Source: Nemertoderma westbladi
Taxonomy: Eukaryota; Animalia; Xenacoelomorpha
DNA: 47,881 bases
Direction: 5' to 3'
Assembly: GCA_032718475.1 (NCBI GenBank)
Contig: JAUCBJ010005457.1
Span: 1 to 47,881 of the forward strand
Positions 1-12,427 of the stretch are shown one piece after another; within the stretch, counting starts at the first letter, position 1; each line of letters opens with the position of its first letter. A program made the position numbers and the translations under genes. Under the pieces are notes generated by a model, which saw only the letters and a program-made list of their open reading frames with translations, did not search any database and was not told where the DNA came from.

Positions 1-1118
1 TCTTCACACTGACATTGCTTCGTGCGATATTGCTCTCATACCGTATATTAAATAATACATATAGTAGCGTGATGTCCCTTTAACAGTAGCGTATAACGCA
101 AAATAAATCTGTTAAACCCTTTGACCATCTGTAATTCTAGTCGATTAAGATATCGCGGCACCCACCGATATACTTGAAAGACAAATTCTAGAATCAGTGG
201 TTAACGTCCCCAGACAAGTTCTGGAATAAATTGGTGCCCATCTCAAATATTAATTATTTAATATTTGCAAATCTAATAAATCAAAATATGTCCATTTAAT
301 TATCAAATAATAAAATTTCAGGGAATAAATTTAAATTCATATATTTTAATGAATTTAATAAATTGCCATTTTACGCAATTTATAACATTCCCAAAATTCC
401 ATTAATTAATAGATCAAGGGAGCGGAGATTTATATTATTATGCGTATGCGTGTACGAAAGTCTCCCAAACATAGTTAATAGCCGATAAAATTCGTAAAGT
501 CATGTATAAACAGGACATTGACTATTAAAGAATTACTATTAAATAACATCCCAGATCTGTATGCATTGGAATCACCCTAATTCTACCGCTAGCTTTGCAT
601 AATGTCACCATAGCAACAACCACGCTAGAATTAGAATTGAGTTAAAGGAACAATAGAAAGCTTGTCCCATTGAATAGCATAGGGAATAAATAGTGCACTG
701 ATAGTATCCAAGGATACATAATAATACAGTGACATTCTGGAAGGCATTGACTAACGGACAAGTGACCCGAGTGTGTGTAATTTGTGACAAGTTGTGTGTG
801 TGGTACTTGTGAGTTTATAGGCGAATGTTACTACTAAGGTGTGTTTACAGTAGCCAGTCGCAATCGTAAAGTAACCTAACTCTCCAAGGAAAACCTGAAG
901 TACATCTAAGCCTTTGGGACGGACAGTTGAGTGACTTGTGCCGGTTGTCATTGTCGTTGTGCGGCTACGTCGTTGGCGAAAGTACAGCAGCGACGACACA
1001 TCGGCGCTGAGGATCTCGTACTGTCCGGGGGTTGATTGGGGTAGGCAGCGACGCCCGCTCGCCTAAATGTGGACTCATTATAATATGGATAAACTCATAT
1101 ATAGCAGATTAGACGGAG

Positions 1119-2395
1119 TTGATAGAAGATGGTCTTGGTATCGGGGAGCGATATACTCTACTTTTGCAAGCGTTTGTTGATAGCTTAATACGCGGCGACG
1201 TTAGTCCAACTGCTGCGGAGGACGATGGTCGTTATATCGAACCGCCAATGTCCCAAGAGCAGCTCACGCGTGAGTTGGACTATAGAAAATTCGCTGCTCG
1301 ATATACGCAGCGTAATGGTACGTATATGGGCTTCTTAACTACTGGTCATCCTATCGATTTACACAATACGGACTATGTCGACTATATATCCTGCCCAGCG
1401 GAGTCGGAACCATAAACTGAAATTCGAATGCGAAAATTCTATTCGAAATCGACTCGAAAGAAAAGACACTAAAGAAACAAATGGACGTGGTAACTCCAAC
1501 GTATATTTGGAATTCTTGATAGAAGCATTGTAACAACAAACAAATATCACCCGCGTTTACCCTACCAGACGTGCGTCTTTGGTATTATTACGATAAACGC
1601 TCTAGACCCAACTAATAAACGGAAAGACATAAACATCCACGTAAACCGAAACTTGTTGACGTATCACCTATGCTCACTCGGCTCGAACGATCCTGGAGTA
1701 AACCTACGATCAGAGTCCCGGAATACTCGGTCAAACCTCCTCATTCCTTAGTTGGACCTCAGACCTGCGATCCTGGTGGTGTCGCGGATCCTCGCGGACT
1801 GTATTCACTGTTCAAAGATCTAGTGCTACCCTAACAATTAATCGGTAACACTCCGACAGTGATTTTTAGCTAGCCGCCCATCTTACCTAGCCGGATTGTG
1901 ACGCGGACACCTAATATCACTATCCAACCGTATGGTCATCCCCGTTTAATGCGATACAACCCCTCATCAAGGTGAAGGAGAGCGTTGTGCGAAACGAGTT
2001 AAACGCTATTCTATAAAGATCAAAAAGGAAACCTGCGTTTGTTCAGATAAACGTAAGTTATAACAGTAAGTCCAATCGATAAACGAATTGGCCTTATCTC
2101 AATTCGATTGGGAAATCCAGAATCTCTAAGAAGTTATCGAACTTGGACGATCCTATTCTCTGTGAGAGTTTTTGGATGAACGTATCCAGCTACGAGCGGA
2201 GGAAAATCAGCTCGAGGAGAAGCATATTGAAACGGCAGATACCTCGACCATAAATCTACACCTTCTGATGCAATCATATTGCACCCTTCACCCAGGAGTT
2301 ATGGCCCTCCTAGTAAAGTGGCTCCCCCCAAAGAGAAAAAGACTCTTGCTAGCCTCAAAAAACTGCGTAAACGCCGTCTGCGTAAGAAAGACTAA
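1119..2395 (+). pseudogene. Decayed, internally deleted copy of the retrotransposon accessory ORF
   Basis: ORFs 1119..1415 and 2172..2654 share peptides with 28894..29877 and 28033..28806, and the DNA also matches the 3' end of 25762..27300. Many stops and frameshifts. Confidence 0.88.
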
Positions 2396-2473
2396 CTGTT
2401 TAGAGTATCTTTATGTTTTAGAAACTGTGATTTTTATATTTTATAGACTGAAAATCCCATTTTCTGGGAGCGG

Positions 2474-3678
2474 TGTAAAAGCTTTTGCTGAATTGTCCGG
2501 TTATTTTTCCTTATTTTCCCGTAAAATACTCTGTAGTTGGTTTACCAGGCATAAAAAGGCCGTGTCCTTGCTGTACTGGTGTTTTAGCGGACATAAAAGC
2601 TATTTCTTCTGTATTTGTACTTTAGAGGACATAATCCGTAATTCTGTGACGTAAAAGCTCGATACTCTTGAAAACAGTGTCGCTACCATGACGACGGCTA
2701 GCAGCTGATATTGCCACGTCGACGTTTCTTTGTTTCTTTGTTCTCTCGTTGTTCAGGTTGACCAATCAGAGCGTTTGTTGTCTCTGTGTTGGAGGTATAT
2801 ACAGAAACTCAGTAGTTCAGTGTTATGTTTTTGCCCAGAGCCTAAGAACCGGCTTTTGGCACCTCCGTGTTTCAGTTTTTAGTCTTACACTAGTAGGTTT
2901 AATTATAAGGACATATATCCTTTAACTGTAAATATCTCACTGCTAACTGATCATACATACTGACTGCTGAAACATTGCAAACTCATAACAATCAGTGTTC
3001 AGTTGTTGTTTTATACTGCTATTTACTGTCAGTTCTTCATAATATGGTTGATGAATTATTATATTTGGAATAACGATAAATAACCCCGAAACCCAATATT
3101 CTTGATATACCGAAGGTAAGAGAGAAAGGTTACCAATAACGATTGTGACTTATGTTAAAGTGGTTTGAAGTGAATCCAATGTTATTTGATAGACCCTACA
3201 TGAGTCAGCCTGTGTTCCTTTTATATGTGACTAAAATCAGTGAAGATTGGCAGATTAGTGTGCAGTATTGTGCAGCATTGTGTATGAGTGAGTCTGTTAA
3301 AGAAGCAATTCCTAAAGAATGCGCCATATATGTGAATTATAATTAAGCCATATCGTTGTGAGTAGTTTAAGTCATAACTCTGTTTATATAGATAAAGCGC
3401 CACGTCCTAAAGGAACTGTTAATATTCCCGAAGGTGAATAATATTGTCAGAGATTATATAATACTGTCAGTCGAATAATACATTAGGCTTACATAGCAAT
3501 AAAATTAAACCGTCGAACCCAATCTCCCGGGAATCTCCAGCGGGTGAATGGTCGCGCACGGATTGGTTTCGACTAGTGTAGTGAATCAAATACTTGTCAT
3601 AGACTAAAAACTGATTTAATATCTAGAAGACATCTTAATTTGGCGGGTTAAACTGCCAAAGGTCTGAAAGCGCGAACA
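2474..3678 (+). repeat. 3' LTR (1,205 bp) of the sister element
   Basis: Starts TGTAAAAGC after the PPT-like GGGAGCGG and ends GCGCGAACA. Colinear with the reverse complement of 24488..25683, with shared blocks GACCAATCAGAGCG, GAATGCGC and CGCCACGTCCTAAAGGAACTGTTAATATT. Confidence 0.9.
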
Positions 3679-5567
3679 GTTTGCATTGCTATGGCAATTA
3701 TGAGAACCAGTTTGACATTCATCAACATCTATAAAACATATATACAAATTCAATAGTAAACTTTTCAATATTAAAACTAATTTACAAAAATACTTTTTAG
3801 GCTTAGTATTTGATGGATATTATTATGAGATTAACTTACCAGTGCATGATAAGCCATCCCCAGAATATCCTGAATTGCAAGCACACTCGAATCCTCCATC
3901 AACATTTGCACAGTTTGCATTACTATGACAATTATGAGAACCAGTTTGACATTCATCAACATCTATAAAACATATATACAAATTCAATAGTAAACTTTTC
4001 AATATTAAAACTAATTTACAAAAATACTTTTTAGGCTTAGTATTTGATGGATATTATTATGAGATTAACTTACCAGTGCATGATAAGCCATCCCCAGAAT
4101 ATCCTGAATTGCAAGCACACTCGAATCCTCCATCAACATTTGCACAGTTTGCATTACTATGACAATTATGAGAACCAGTTTGACATTCATCAACATCTAT
4201 AAAACATATATACAAATTCAATAGTAAACTTTTCAATATTAAAACTAATTTACAAAAATACTTTTTAGGCTTAGTATTTGATGGATATTATTATGAGATT
4301 AACTTACCAGTGCATGATAAGCCATCCCCAGAATATCCTAAATTGCAAGCACACTCGAATCCTCCATCAACATTTGTGCAGTTTGCATTACTATTGCAAT
4401 TATGACTTCCATTATGGCATTCATTAAAATCTAAAGCATATAATAAATACGAATATATTTCTTAAATTTTCCCATCATGAAACTAAATTATAAAATACAT
4501 TAAATGCTTAGTACTAATTGATATAGTTTATTATGAGATTAGTTTATTAAACAATATATACTTACTATTTGAATTGGTTTATTATGAATTAGCTTACCAG
4601 TGCATAAGATGCCATCACCAGAATATCCTGAATTGCAAGTACACATGAATGCTCCGTCAACATTTGTACAGTTTGCACTACTATGGCAATTATGAGTACC
4701 ATTCTGACATTCATCAATATCTAAAGCAAATAAATACAATTATATTCTTAACAGTTCTATTGTTATATCTCAATTGCAAATTACATTCTAGACTTAGTAA
4801 TTGATTCAGGTTATGAGATTAGCTTACCAGTGCATGATAAACCATTGCCAGAATATCCTGAATTACAAGCACACTCAAATCCTCCATCAACATTTGCACA
4901 GTTTGCATTACTATGACAATTATGAGAACCAGTTTGACATTCATCAACATCTAAAGCATATAATATATACAAATTTAATAGCGAACTTTTTAATATTAAA
5001 ACTAATTTACAAAAATACTTTCTAGGGTTAGTATTTGATGGATATTATTCTGAGATTAGCTTACCATTGCATTGTAAGCCATCGCCAGAATATCCTGAAT
5101 TGCACCCACACACGAACCCTCCATCAATATTTGAACAATTTGCATTACTATGGCAATTATGAGTACCATTCTGACATTCATCAATATCTAAAGCATATTA
5201 TATATACAAATTTAATAGTGAACTTTTCAATAGTGAAACTTATTTACAACAATACTTTCTACTCATTGTATTTGATTGATATTACTATGAGATTAGCTTA
5301 CCAGTGCACGATAAGCCATCCCCAGAATATCCTGAATTGCAAGTACACATGAATGCCCCTTCAACATTTGTACAGTTTGCATTACTATGGCAATTATGTG
5401 TACCATTCTGGCATTCATCAAAATCTAAAGCAAATAAATACAATTATATTCTTAACAGTTCTATTGTTGTATCTCAATTGTAAAATACATTCTAGACTTA
5501 GTATTTGATTCAGGTTATGAGATTAGCTTACCAGTTGATGATAAGCCATTGCCAAAATATCCTGAAT
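3679..5567 (-). CDS. Tandem array of calcium-binding EGF-like exons: 7 intact 123-bp exons (5302-5424, 5065-5187, 4828-4950, 4598-4720, 4308-4430, 4074-4196, 3840-3962) and two broken ones (5532-~5567, 3679-3728)
   Basis: Each intact exon is bounded by AG and GTAAG, is phase 1-1, and encodes a 41-aa cbEGF unit such as DVDECQTGSHNCHSNANCANVDGGFECACNSGYSGDGLSCT (D-x-D/N-E-C start, six Cys). Confidence 0.92.
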
Positions 5568-6399
5568 ATTAAGTAACAAAGTAACAGCTAACCATTTGTG
5601 TCCAATCGGTCCCACCCCTGTTGAGACTCGAACGGTAACCTGGTGTTCTGCACTATCGCCAAGTTCCAATAGCGTGAAGCTGCACCAAGTTTGTTACGAC
5701 TATCCACCACGACTTTTTTCATAACCTTTTGATTATTTACCACAATTTTTGAGATTTGTATTATATTTTTTCAGAGTATTTTTGGCATAACAAAACGACT
5801 AAAAATACTGTATCATTTTTCAGCGTATTTTTGGACACAAATTATTTAGATTGTATTATTTTGATATTGTAAAGCACCCCTCACCGTCTTTTTCCTCATC
5901 CCAGAGGTTTTTCTATGGTGTTACAGTACACTAATTTTATATGCCAGAAGGGAGCAATATACCATCTTGGAAAGAACAAAAATCACTGAGTTTTAGCACT
6001 ATCTTTGACGGCTTGTGGATGTCCGTAAATAACAAGTCATTGCGGGACCGTGTACTAGTGGGAAATATTGTCATGACAGTATTGACAGCCAGAAACCAAA
6101 ACAATAAACGAAAGGTAACACATTTTGGAGACCTTAGAGATTCAAAGCCGTTTTAGGAGCTTATCGAGCCAGAGGCACGAGAAATACATTACAGGTGGTT
6201 TTACACACACGGGAGTGGAACCCGTGGGCGGTAGCCCTGGTTACTATAAGTCGGTTGCGTTGGTCCGGACGTTTCCAGATTCCTGAGTTAAAAGCGTTCG
6301 AAAGCTTTATGTTCGAAACCTTTATCGCAAAAGTTGCGGGTTCGCGTTCGCGTTCGCGTCGCTATATCCGATAAATCGGCACAACATCGGAGTCGAATA

Positions 6400-6850
6400 A
6401 GTAGCTGCTTGTAGATTGGGCTAGAAATTTTCCATCTCCTCTACAGGGGCAACACTAGTTGGAGAGTAGCACACAATCAGAACCACCTTAGGAAACTTCT
6501 TAGCCTGTCTTCCAGAACATGATAAGTGGCAACGGATGATGCGGTTAGAGATTTGGTCTATTTTGTCCAATGCTGCATGTGCAGTTGGATTCATCAATAG
6601 ACCAATTCCACCATTGCCAATATCATCTGCTGACGCGAGGGCGAGTCGCCAACCGCCCCCCATGTCCTTAATCAGAACCTCATCAGAACCTCATCAGTCT
6701 GTCCAGTCTGCATTCGGTGCTCTTGAACACCCACTGCGCTAAGAGAAAGCTTATCTGCCAAGGCAGTCAGCTCACTTTGTCGCATTGGGGACCCGAGTGT
6801 TAGGGTGTTTACTGAGGCTAGTGACTTGCCTCAGATTCACCAATGGCTTT
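6400..6850 (-). mobile_element. LINE (RTE-like) apurinic-endonuclease fragment
   Basis: Minus-strand peptides SVNTLTLG..ELTALADKLSLSAVGVQEHR and GGIGLLM..ISNRIIRCHL..VLIVCYSPTS..EEMENF match APE motifs. Frameshifted and truncated. Confidence 0.8.
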
Positions 6851-7473
6851 GTTGGTCGGGGTGGAACATGAGAGTAGCCTCCAACTCCAGAATCCCTCTC
6901 TCCCTCACAATCTGACCTCCCTGCTCAATACTACCGTACTTGGCCGTCATATATCTTGTAATCAATCCTGTATCTCTTCTCTATGGGCGTCAGTGGCCCG
7001 GATTAAAATTAAAGTTAATTAAATATATATATAACAGTTGTCATATATATAAATTATCTTTCTGTTATAAGTTACACCAATAATAATTTATAATATTACT
7101 AGATTCTCAAGAGCTAAGCACTCGAGTTTACACAGATGAGCCGGATGCAACAATAGTAGCGGATTTGGAGATATCGCAGAATATTTCAGAGCTATGCTCG
7201 GATGCATTTAGGCTCATACAGTTATTGTTTCAATGATTGCAAACTAAAACGCATGGGTTTCGATAGGGAACTATTAAAATATCAAAAATGGCTTCTTATT
7301 TTATGTTGTACAATTTCTATTTTTGGCCATTATTATTAAATTGTGTGATAGGCGAACATTAGATGCCTTACCGGTATGCAAATAACAAATAAAAAAATGT
7401 AAAAATAAAAGAATTCCCGTTTAGGAATCGGGCGTTTTCATTAATTTTTTAAGTAGGCCTAGTCCGCCTAGTT

Positions 7474-8379
7474 ATGATGAGTAGGCCTGTTAGGAGGAAG
7501 AACCCTGTCAAGTATTATGGTTTTCACCGGGAAAGTGAGGATGAGGTGCTATCGGACGAAAGTGAAACTGGTGGCGATGGAAGCGAATCCGGAGGAGATA
7601 AAGGTGAAACCGACGATGATGAGAGTAGCAGTGGAAGCGAGAGTGACAGTACCGATTCTAGTAATACCAGCACCAGTACTTCGACGTGGAACTTTATGGA
7701 CTGATGGAGGCAGGAACCGACGCCTATGCTACGAACCACTTTATTCCTTTTACTGGAACGGTTGGGTGGGTAGGAGGAATCGATACAGATGAAAGTGACG
7801 CAATCGACTACATAAAGCTGTTTCTAACCGATGAAATATTCGAAGCTATCAAAGACTGGACAAATAAACGGGCCAGACAGTTTTTTTAGATGCTGCAGCA
7901 GCAGGTGTTGCTGGGAGTACCGGTACAAGTAGTTCTAGAACTTGGAAGGATATAAGCCTTTTAGAGTTGACGAAGTTTATTGGATTAACCATGCAAATGG
8001 GTCTAATAAGAAAACCGGATATACGATCTTATTGGGCGACTGACGAATTAATGTCAACTCCATTCATTTTGAATCCCGGGTCGATGAGCAGAAACCGATA
8101 CCTAGACATACAAGTGTGCGAGCCCATTGAAGCGTACTGCAACATCTTACCTGACAGACCAACAATCTACTTCACAAGATTCCGACAATTCGACGCTGCA
8201 TTCATTCAATAAAAGTTCTACCCCCAACTAGTAAGGTTCATAAGCTTAGATATCGTTGTCGTATTTGCTATGCAAAAGGTAAAAATGTACTTACACGGTG
8301 TTATTGCCCAGATTGTCCAAATAAACCTGGTTTATGTATTGGTTGTGCTGGTGAATGGCACAAAAATGTCGGTTTGTAA
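7474..8379 (+). pseudogene. piggyBac transposase remnant: N-terminus and C-terminal Cys-rich domain, catalytic core missing
   Basis: Acidic Ser-rich N-terminus; PFTG..DYIKLFLTDEIFEAIKDWTNKRA; KFIGLTMQMGLIRKPDIRSYWATD..TPF..MSRNRY; then RCRICYAKG..TRCYCPDCPNKPGLCIGCAGEWH with TAA at 8377-8379. Confidence 0.88.
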
Positions 8380-8804
8380 TATAATAATGTTATCAAACGT
8401 ATTATTAATAAATCTTCAATAATTGTTTACATTGTTTTACGAAAATATATATTATATTATATATTATATTATATATATATAAAATATATATATTATATTA
8501 TTAAATATATTATATGTCTATTGTATATAATTGTTTTACAATATTGCCTATTCTATGTCAAAATATACGCTGTGAAAACTATTTGTTGCCGGTGGTATTT
8601 TGGTCGGCGCACCATATGTTCAGAAATTTGTGGTATCGGTACTTAAAGGGTTAAAATATCAAAAATGGCTTCTTATTTTATGTTGTACAATTTCTATTTT
8701 TGGCCATTATTATTAAATTGTGTGATAGGCGAACATTAGATGCCTTACCGGTATGCAAATAACAAATAAAAAAATGTAAAAATAAAAGAAAAGAAAGAAT
8801 TCCC

Positions 8805-8914
8805 ATAACGAGTTGGGCACAGCTTTTACAAAGTCGGCAATCTCGTCCAGGTGGGATCGAACTGGTGTCCTCCGGATTGGAAGTCTGACGCTCTCACCAT
8901 TCAGCTAGCGGCTC
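8805..8914 (-). mobile_element. tRNA-derived SINE head
   Basis: Minus strand reads GAGCCGCTAGCTGAATGGTGAGAGCG..CAGTTCGATCCC, with A and B boxes. The T and acceptor stems do not pair, so it is not a tRNA gene. Confidence 0.65.
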
Positions 8915-9242
8915 AGGTAAAATATAGACCTGGAAATATTATGTGATACCTTGTATGTCCGCAATTTACCTCTGCATGGCCTCCCATACCATCAAAAGCT
9001 GCCACTGTGCTCAACCCTACGGTACTAGGCCGTCTTTAACCTTTTTCGGTGTTATTGGTTTCATATTATTAATGTATAACTTTTTGTTGGGCCACTCTTG
9101 TTGGGAACAACAATAATAAAAAAGGGTGATGAGATGAAGAGTGACGTACGTGTTGGTAAGCACGTCCTTTTAAAATATATTCCAATTCCAATCCGCAATA
9201 AATGGCAACAAAACAGCAAAAACGGAACATAACTAAACTTAC

Positions 9243-9372
9243 CATTATTAGTTCGTTTCGCCAATAATTCAGCTTCATCTTCATGCAATGCCATTTCATT
9301 TTCATGACTAAAGTCGAACAGGATGGAAACTAAAAGACATGCAAGTACAAACCCCATTATTCGAACCGCCAT
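9243..9372 (-). CDS. Probable first coding exon (signal peptide and acidic propeptide ending in KR) of the EGF-repeat gene
   Basis: ATG at 9372, MAVRIMGFVLACLLVSILFDFSHENEMALHEDEAELLAKRTNN+G, then a GTAAGT donor. 130 bp gives phase 1, compatible with the EGF exons downstream on the same strand. Confidence 0.72.
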
Positions 9373-10669
9373 GGATTATGTATCTTTACAATTTTACAAT
9401 GACAGAAAGAACTTAAATTTTCTAATTTTGTAATTTAATTAATTTGTAATTGAACTTAAATTTTGCACCTCTCTGCCGGCATGGCGTTATAAATTAAAGT
9501 TTTTAAGGATTTAAGAGTTCTTAACAACACAGATTAATAAATAATCAGTTTTTGCCAACAGCTTTTTCAAATTCTTTCTTAAAACAAAGTTAATGTAAAG
9601 TTTTATTCGGCCGTTAGGCACGCACAAGTCTGACGAAATATTTACAGTACGGTCCACCCAGAACTATACCACACAAAGGAATGCATTATAGAAACACATA
9701 GGAGCCGCTTGTTTACATAAACTAAGTAAGGGTACTTCAAATAGGTTAATTTTATTTTTATTCATTTTTATTCACGGCTAATTGTCGCGTTACGGCTAAT
9801 CTTTTGTCTTCGTTTTACATAGGGAATCATTATCAATATTATTCTATGGTGTTTACGTACAGATGAGAAACGTTCGAAAATTATGAATTATTGTATTATT
9901 ATTGTTGTATTGAGTACCTACCACAGTACGCAGTACCATAGGTATATTGGTCGAAAGTATATCAGTATATTGCCGAAATATTGCACTTTGAATTTATCAT
10001 TATAATAATCAAATCAAAAGTATCTAAAACTAAAGATCTTGAATTATTTTATGTTTTTAATTTGGTCGTAAGTTGCAAAATTTTATTTCATTTTATTTAA
10101 AACATTTAGCCCTAAAGAACCCAGTAAGTGTTATAGGATAAAACTGTTTATTTTTTAATCCGTGGTGTTAGCACCCCATAAACCACACATCCAATTTTAA
10201 AAAGTTGCATGGAAAACAAACGGGCGTCAGCTTAAATAATATTAGAAAACTAACTCTAGCAGTGCAATTATAGTCTTGATTAAAGTAGTGTAAAGAGAGA
10301 AGATGTATTTCTGTAAGTGTAACACATGTTCAAATCGATAACCATGGAGGTTTACGAGTTGTTATTCTAATTGCAATCCTCATTTGTTGAGGAGGAGATT
10401 ATCTATGTATAATTACTAGTTGCTTCCTCTAGTGTATCCTACCCAGTAATATTCAGTACATCCTTTGTTTAATCAATAAATTCTCTACACAAATAATGTT
10501 GAACGGAATGATGGATTCAAATACATATTATATGAAGCCTTCATAGCTAAATAGTGAGAAGAGACTCGTGGTATTCAATTTCTAGAAACAATCTAATTAT
10601 ATTTCACCGCAATGATGTAATCATTATTGTATATAATTTTCATGAATCTCAATTGTTGAAGCCCCATCT

Positions 10670-10950
10670 TGGCATATAGAGCTTAGATCCCTCGGATTGA
10701 ATTCATATCTCTCAGAGCGATGTGGGTTCGATCCCGCATGGGTGGGGTGGGGGCAGTTCAGTTTTCATTTCGGCACGAATGCTATAAAGGGACTAACCAG
10801 GGCGCATCTCCGCGTTAAATGCTTAAATGGTAGCTAAATGAGTACTGGAGTTTCCTCTGGGGAGTATAGTTCTGGGGGGACCGCACTGGAAATATGTCGT
10901 CAGACTTTGGCGTTTATTACTTTACTAAACTTTACTTACTTTAATTACTT
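10670..10950 (+). mobile_element. SINE-like element
   Basis: B-box GGTTCGATCCC at ~10725, AAATGAGTACTGG core-like motif and a (TTTAC)-like simple-repeat tail. Confidence 0.55.
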
Positions 10951-11003
10951 TAGTTGTTGTTGTTGTTAATTTCCACTTTAGTTTTGGTTTTAAGGCTTCA
11001 TAC

Positions 11004-11199
11004 GGCGCGGAGTGGATCACTTGCGAGAGCGTGGGACTCTAGGTAGGTACACGTACCGAGTTCAATCCTCACATTCCGGTGAATTTTTTTTTATAATAAG
11101 ATTGGAAGTAAGCCATTCAGGGAGACAGTTCGTGCGTTAGTACTTTAGACGCGTTAGACGCGGACCTTTACGCGATTTCGCGCTTGTTTTTACTTTACT
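11004..11199 (+). mobile_element. SINE-like element
   Basis: tRNA-like head (GGCGCGGAGTGG..GAGTTCAATCC) and TTTACTTTAC tail. Confidence 0.45.
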
Positions 11200-11204
11200 C
11201 TATT

Positions 11205-11866
11205 TGTAAGCGGATTCAATTCCACTTCATTACCCACCAGAAAATGGGACTAGTGGCATTTTACTAATATAGTTGGGGATACGAGATTACCAATATTAAT
11301 CTCGTATCATAACCAACATTGGGGGGGGGGGGGCGACACAAGCCCCAAAGCCACAGAGAGAGGTGAGAGGTCAAATCACCTCGGAGGGAATACAGCTAGT
11401 AGAGGCTAGCAGCGGGGGGGGGGGGGGGGGAACACTCCCAGATAGTGCCAAGGTGACAAGTAGTATATTAGCCAATAGTGGGGAGGGAAGCACGTGATAG
11501 GGAACAGGAAAGCATCCATTGGGTAGAGGGCCAAAGTAGAGTAAGAGGTGAACCGATATTCAATGTATTAATCATATATTATCTTACATTAGTGGTTTAC
11601 CGGTCAGTTGTGTTATTCAGTTTTCTTAGTGCAGACCGGTCATAGTTAATGACCGCCACTGCTATACCGGTAACAATTTATCTGTATTTTCTGCTTTATA
11701 TTCAATACGTGCTATGATCGCCCATATTAATTAATATCGAAAGACAACAGGAACTTTTACTGTTTTCCCAGACAGACACGGCCTCGGCCAAAGACAGTAG
11801 CACGATCCCCAGCAGAACGGTGACGCGTACTTTAACAACCCGGTCGGGATCTCTGATCCCGTCACA
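11205..11866. mobile_element. Solo LTR (662 bp) with 5-bp TSD CTATT
   Basis: TGTAAGCGGATTC...GATCCCGTCACA with CTATT at 11200-11204 and 11867-11871. Homologous end to end with 19924..20507. Confidence 0.85.
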
Positions 11867-12330
11867 CTATTTTATAAAGTTTACTTTTAAATATCATAAT
11901 CAAATCACTTCCGAAAAATTTATGAATCACTTCTCGAATGGGTAATACAGTAGATTTGAATGACAAAAACTATTTCCAGAACATACTTTTGTGTGTACCC
12001 ATCCCTGATTCCGGATCAGCTACCAACGTATCCCCAGACAGTAGGACAGACAGACTTTAAGGCATGAAGCAACGTTGATTAAAATAGCGACCCCACGCGA
12101 GACGTGGGCATGCAGTCCAGCGCATTTTGTGGTACCGATAGGAACAGAACCCAAGAAGTAGAAGGCAAACACAGGTCGAAGCGTTTTCGTGAAACGGTAC
12201 GGTTCTGGCATATTAGGTGGTGAACAGATGGCTAGAACACATATTTTTCTACAAAATTTTTTAGAAAAAATGCCATCCTACTATTAGAAGGCCAAATATT
12301 TGTTCTAAAAAAAACCTACATTATCTGCAT

Positions 12331-12427
12331 CCGGACAATTCGTACCCGGACAATTCGTACCCATCATAAAAAAAGAATTGTCCAGGTACGAATTGTCCGG
12401 TATGAATTGTTCGGGTACGAATTGTCC
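12331..12427. repeat. Small palindromic cluster of 15-bp units (GGACAATTCGTACCC), MITE-like
   Basis: Two forward units, then three to four inverted (GGGTACGAATTGTCC-like) units. Confidence 0.75.

Larger units (their letters stand above)
1..3678 (+). mobile_element. Degenerate 3' part (spacer, accessory ORF remnant, PPT, 3' LTR) of a sister BEL/Pao element; begins before the window
   Basis: 1..~250 is the reverse complement of ~31050..31300. 1119..2235 matches ~30005..28650 (IEPPMSQEQLTRELDYRKF; AEENQLEEKHI). 2240..2473 matches ~25940..25684. It has the same TTTCTGGGAGCGG|TGTAAA junction and ends in ...GCGCGAACA at 3678. Confidence 0.93.
5721..8654 (+). mobile_element. Internally deleted piggyBac-family DNA transposon (right end clear, left end tentative)
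   Basis: Right end ...GGTACTTAAAGGG|TTAA at 8650/8651-8654. A degenerate inverse match (ATAACCTTTTGATTATTTACCACAATTTTTGAG) lies at ~5721. A transposase remnant lies inside. Confidence 0.6.

Noticed and set aside
3700-5530. Regular ~234-bp repeats resembling a CRISPR array or satellite; plus-strand ORFs 4801..5025 and 5035..5352
   Set aside because: The units are exon plus intron duplications with splice signals on the minus strand and no unique spacers. The plus-strand ORFs are antisense shadows.
6940-7010. Possible HDV-like ribozyme at the 5' end of the LINE fragment
   Set aside because: I could not build the nested double pseudoknot by eye.
8843-8914. tRNA-Gly(TCC)-like sequence, and a tRNA-Cys-like head at 17660-17724
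   Set aside because: The stems do not close into a cloverleaf and both continue into SINE-like bodies.
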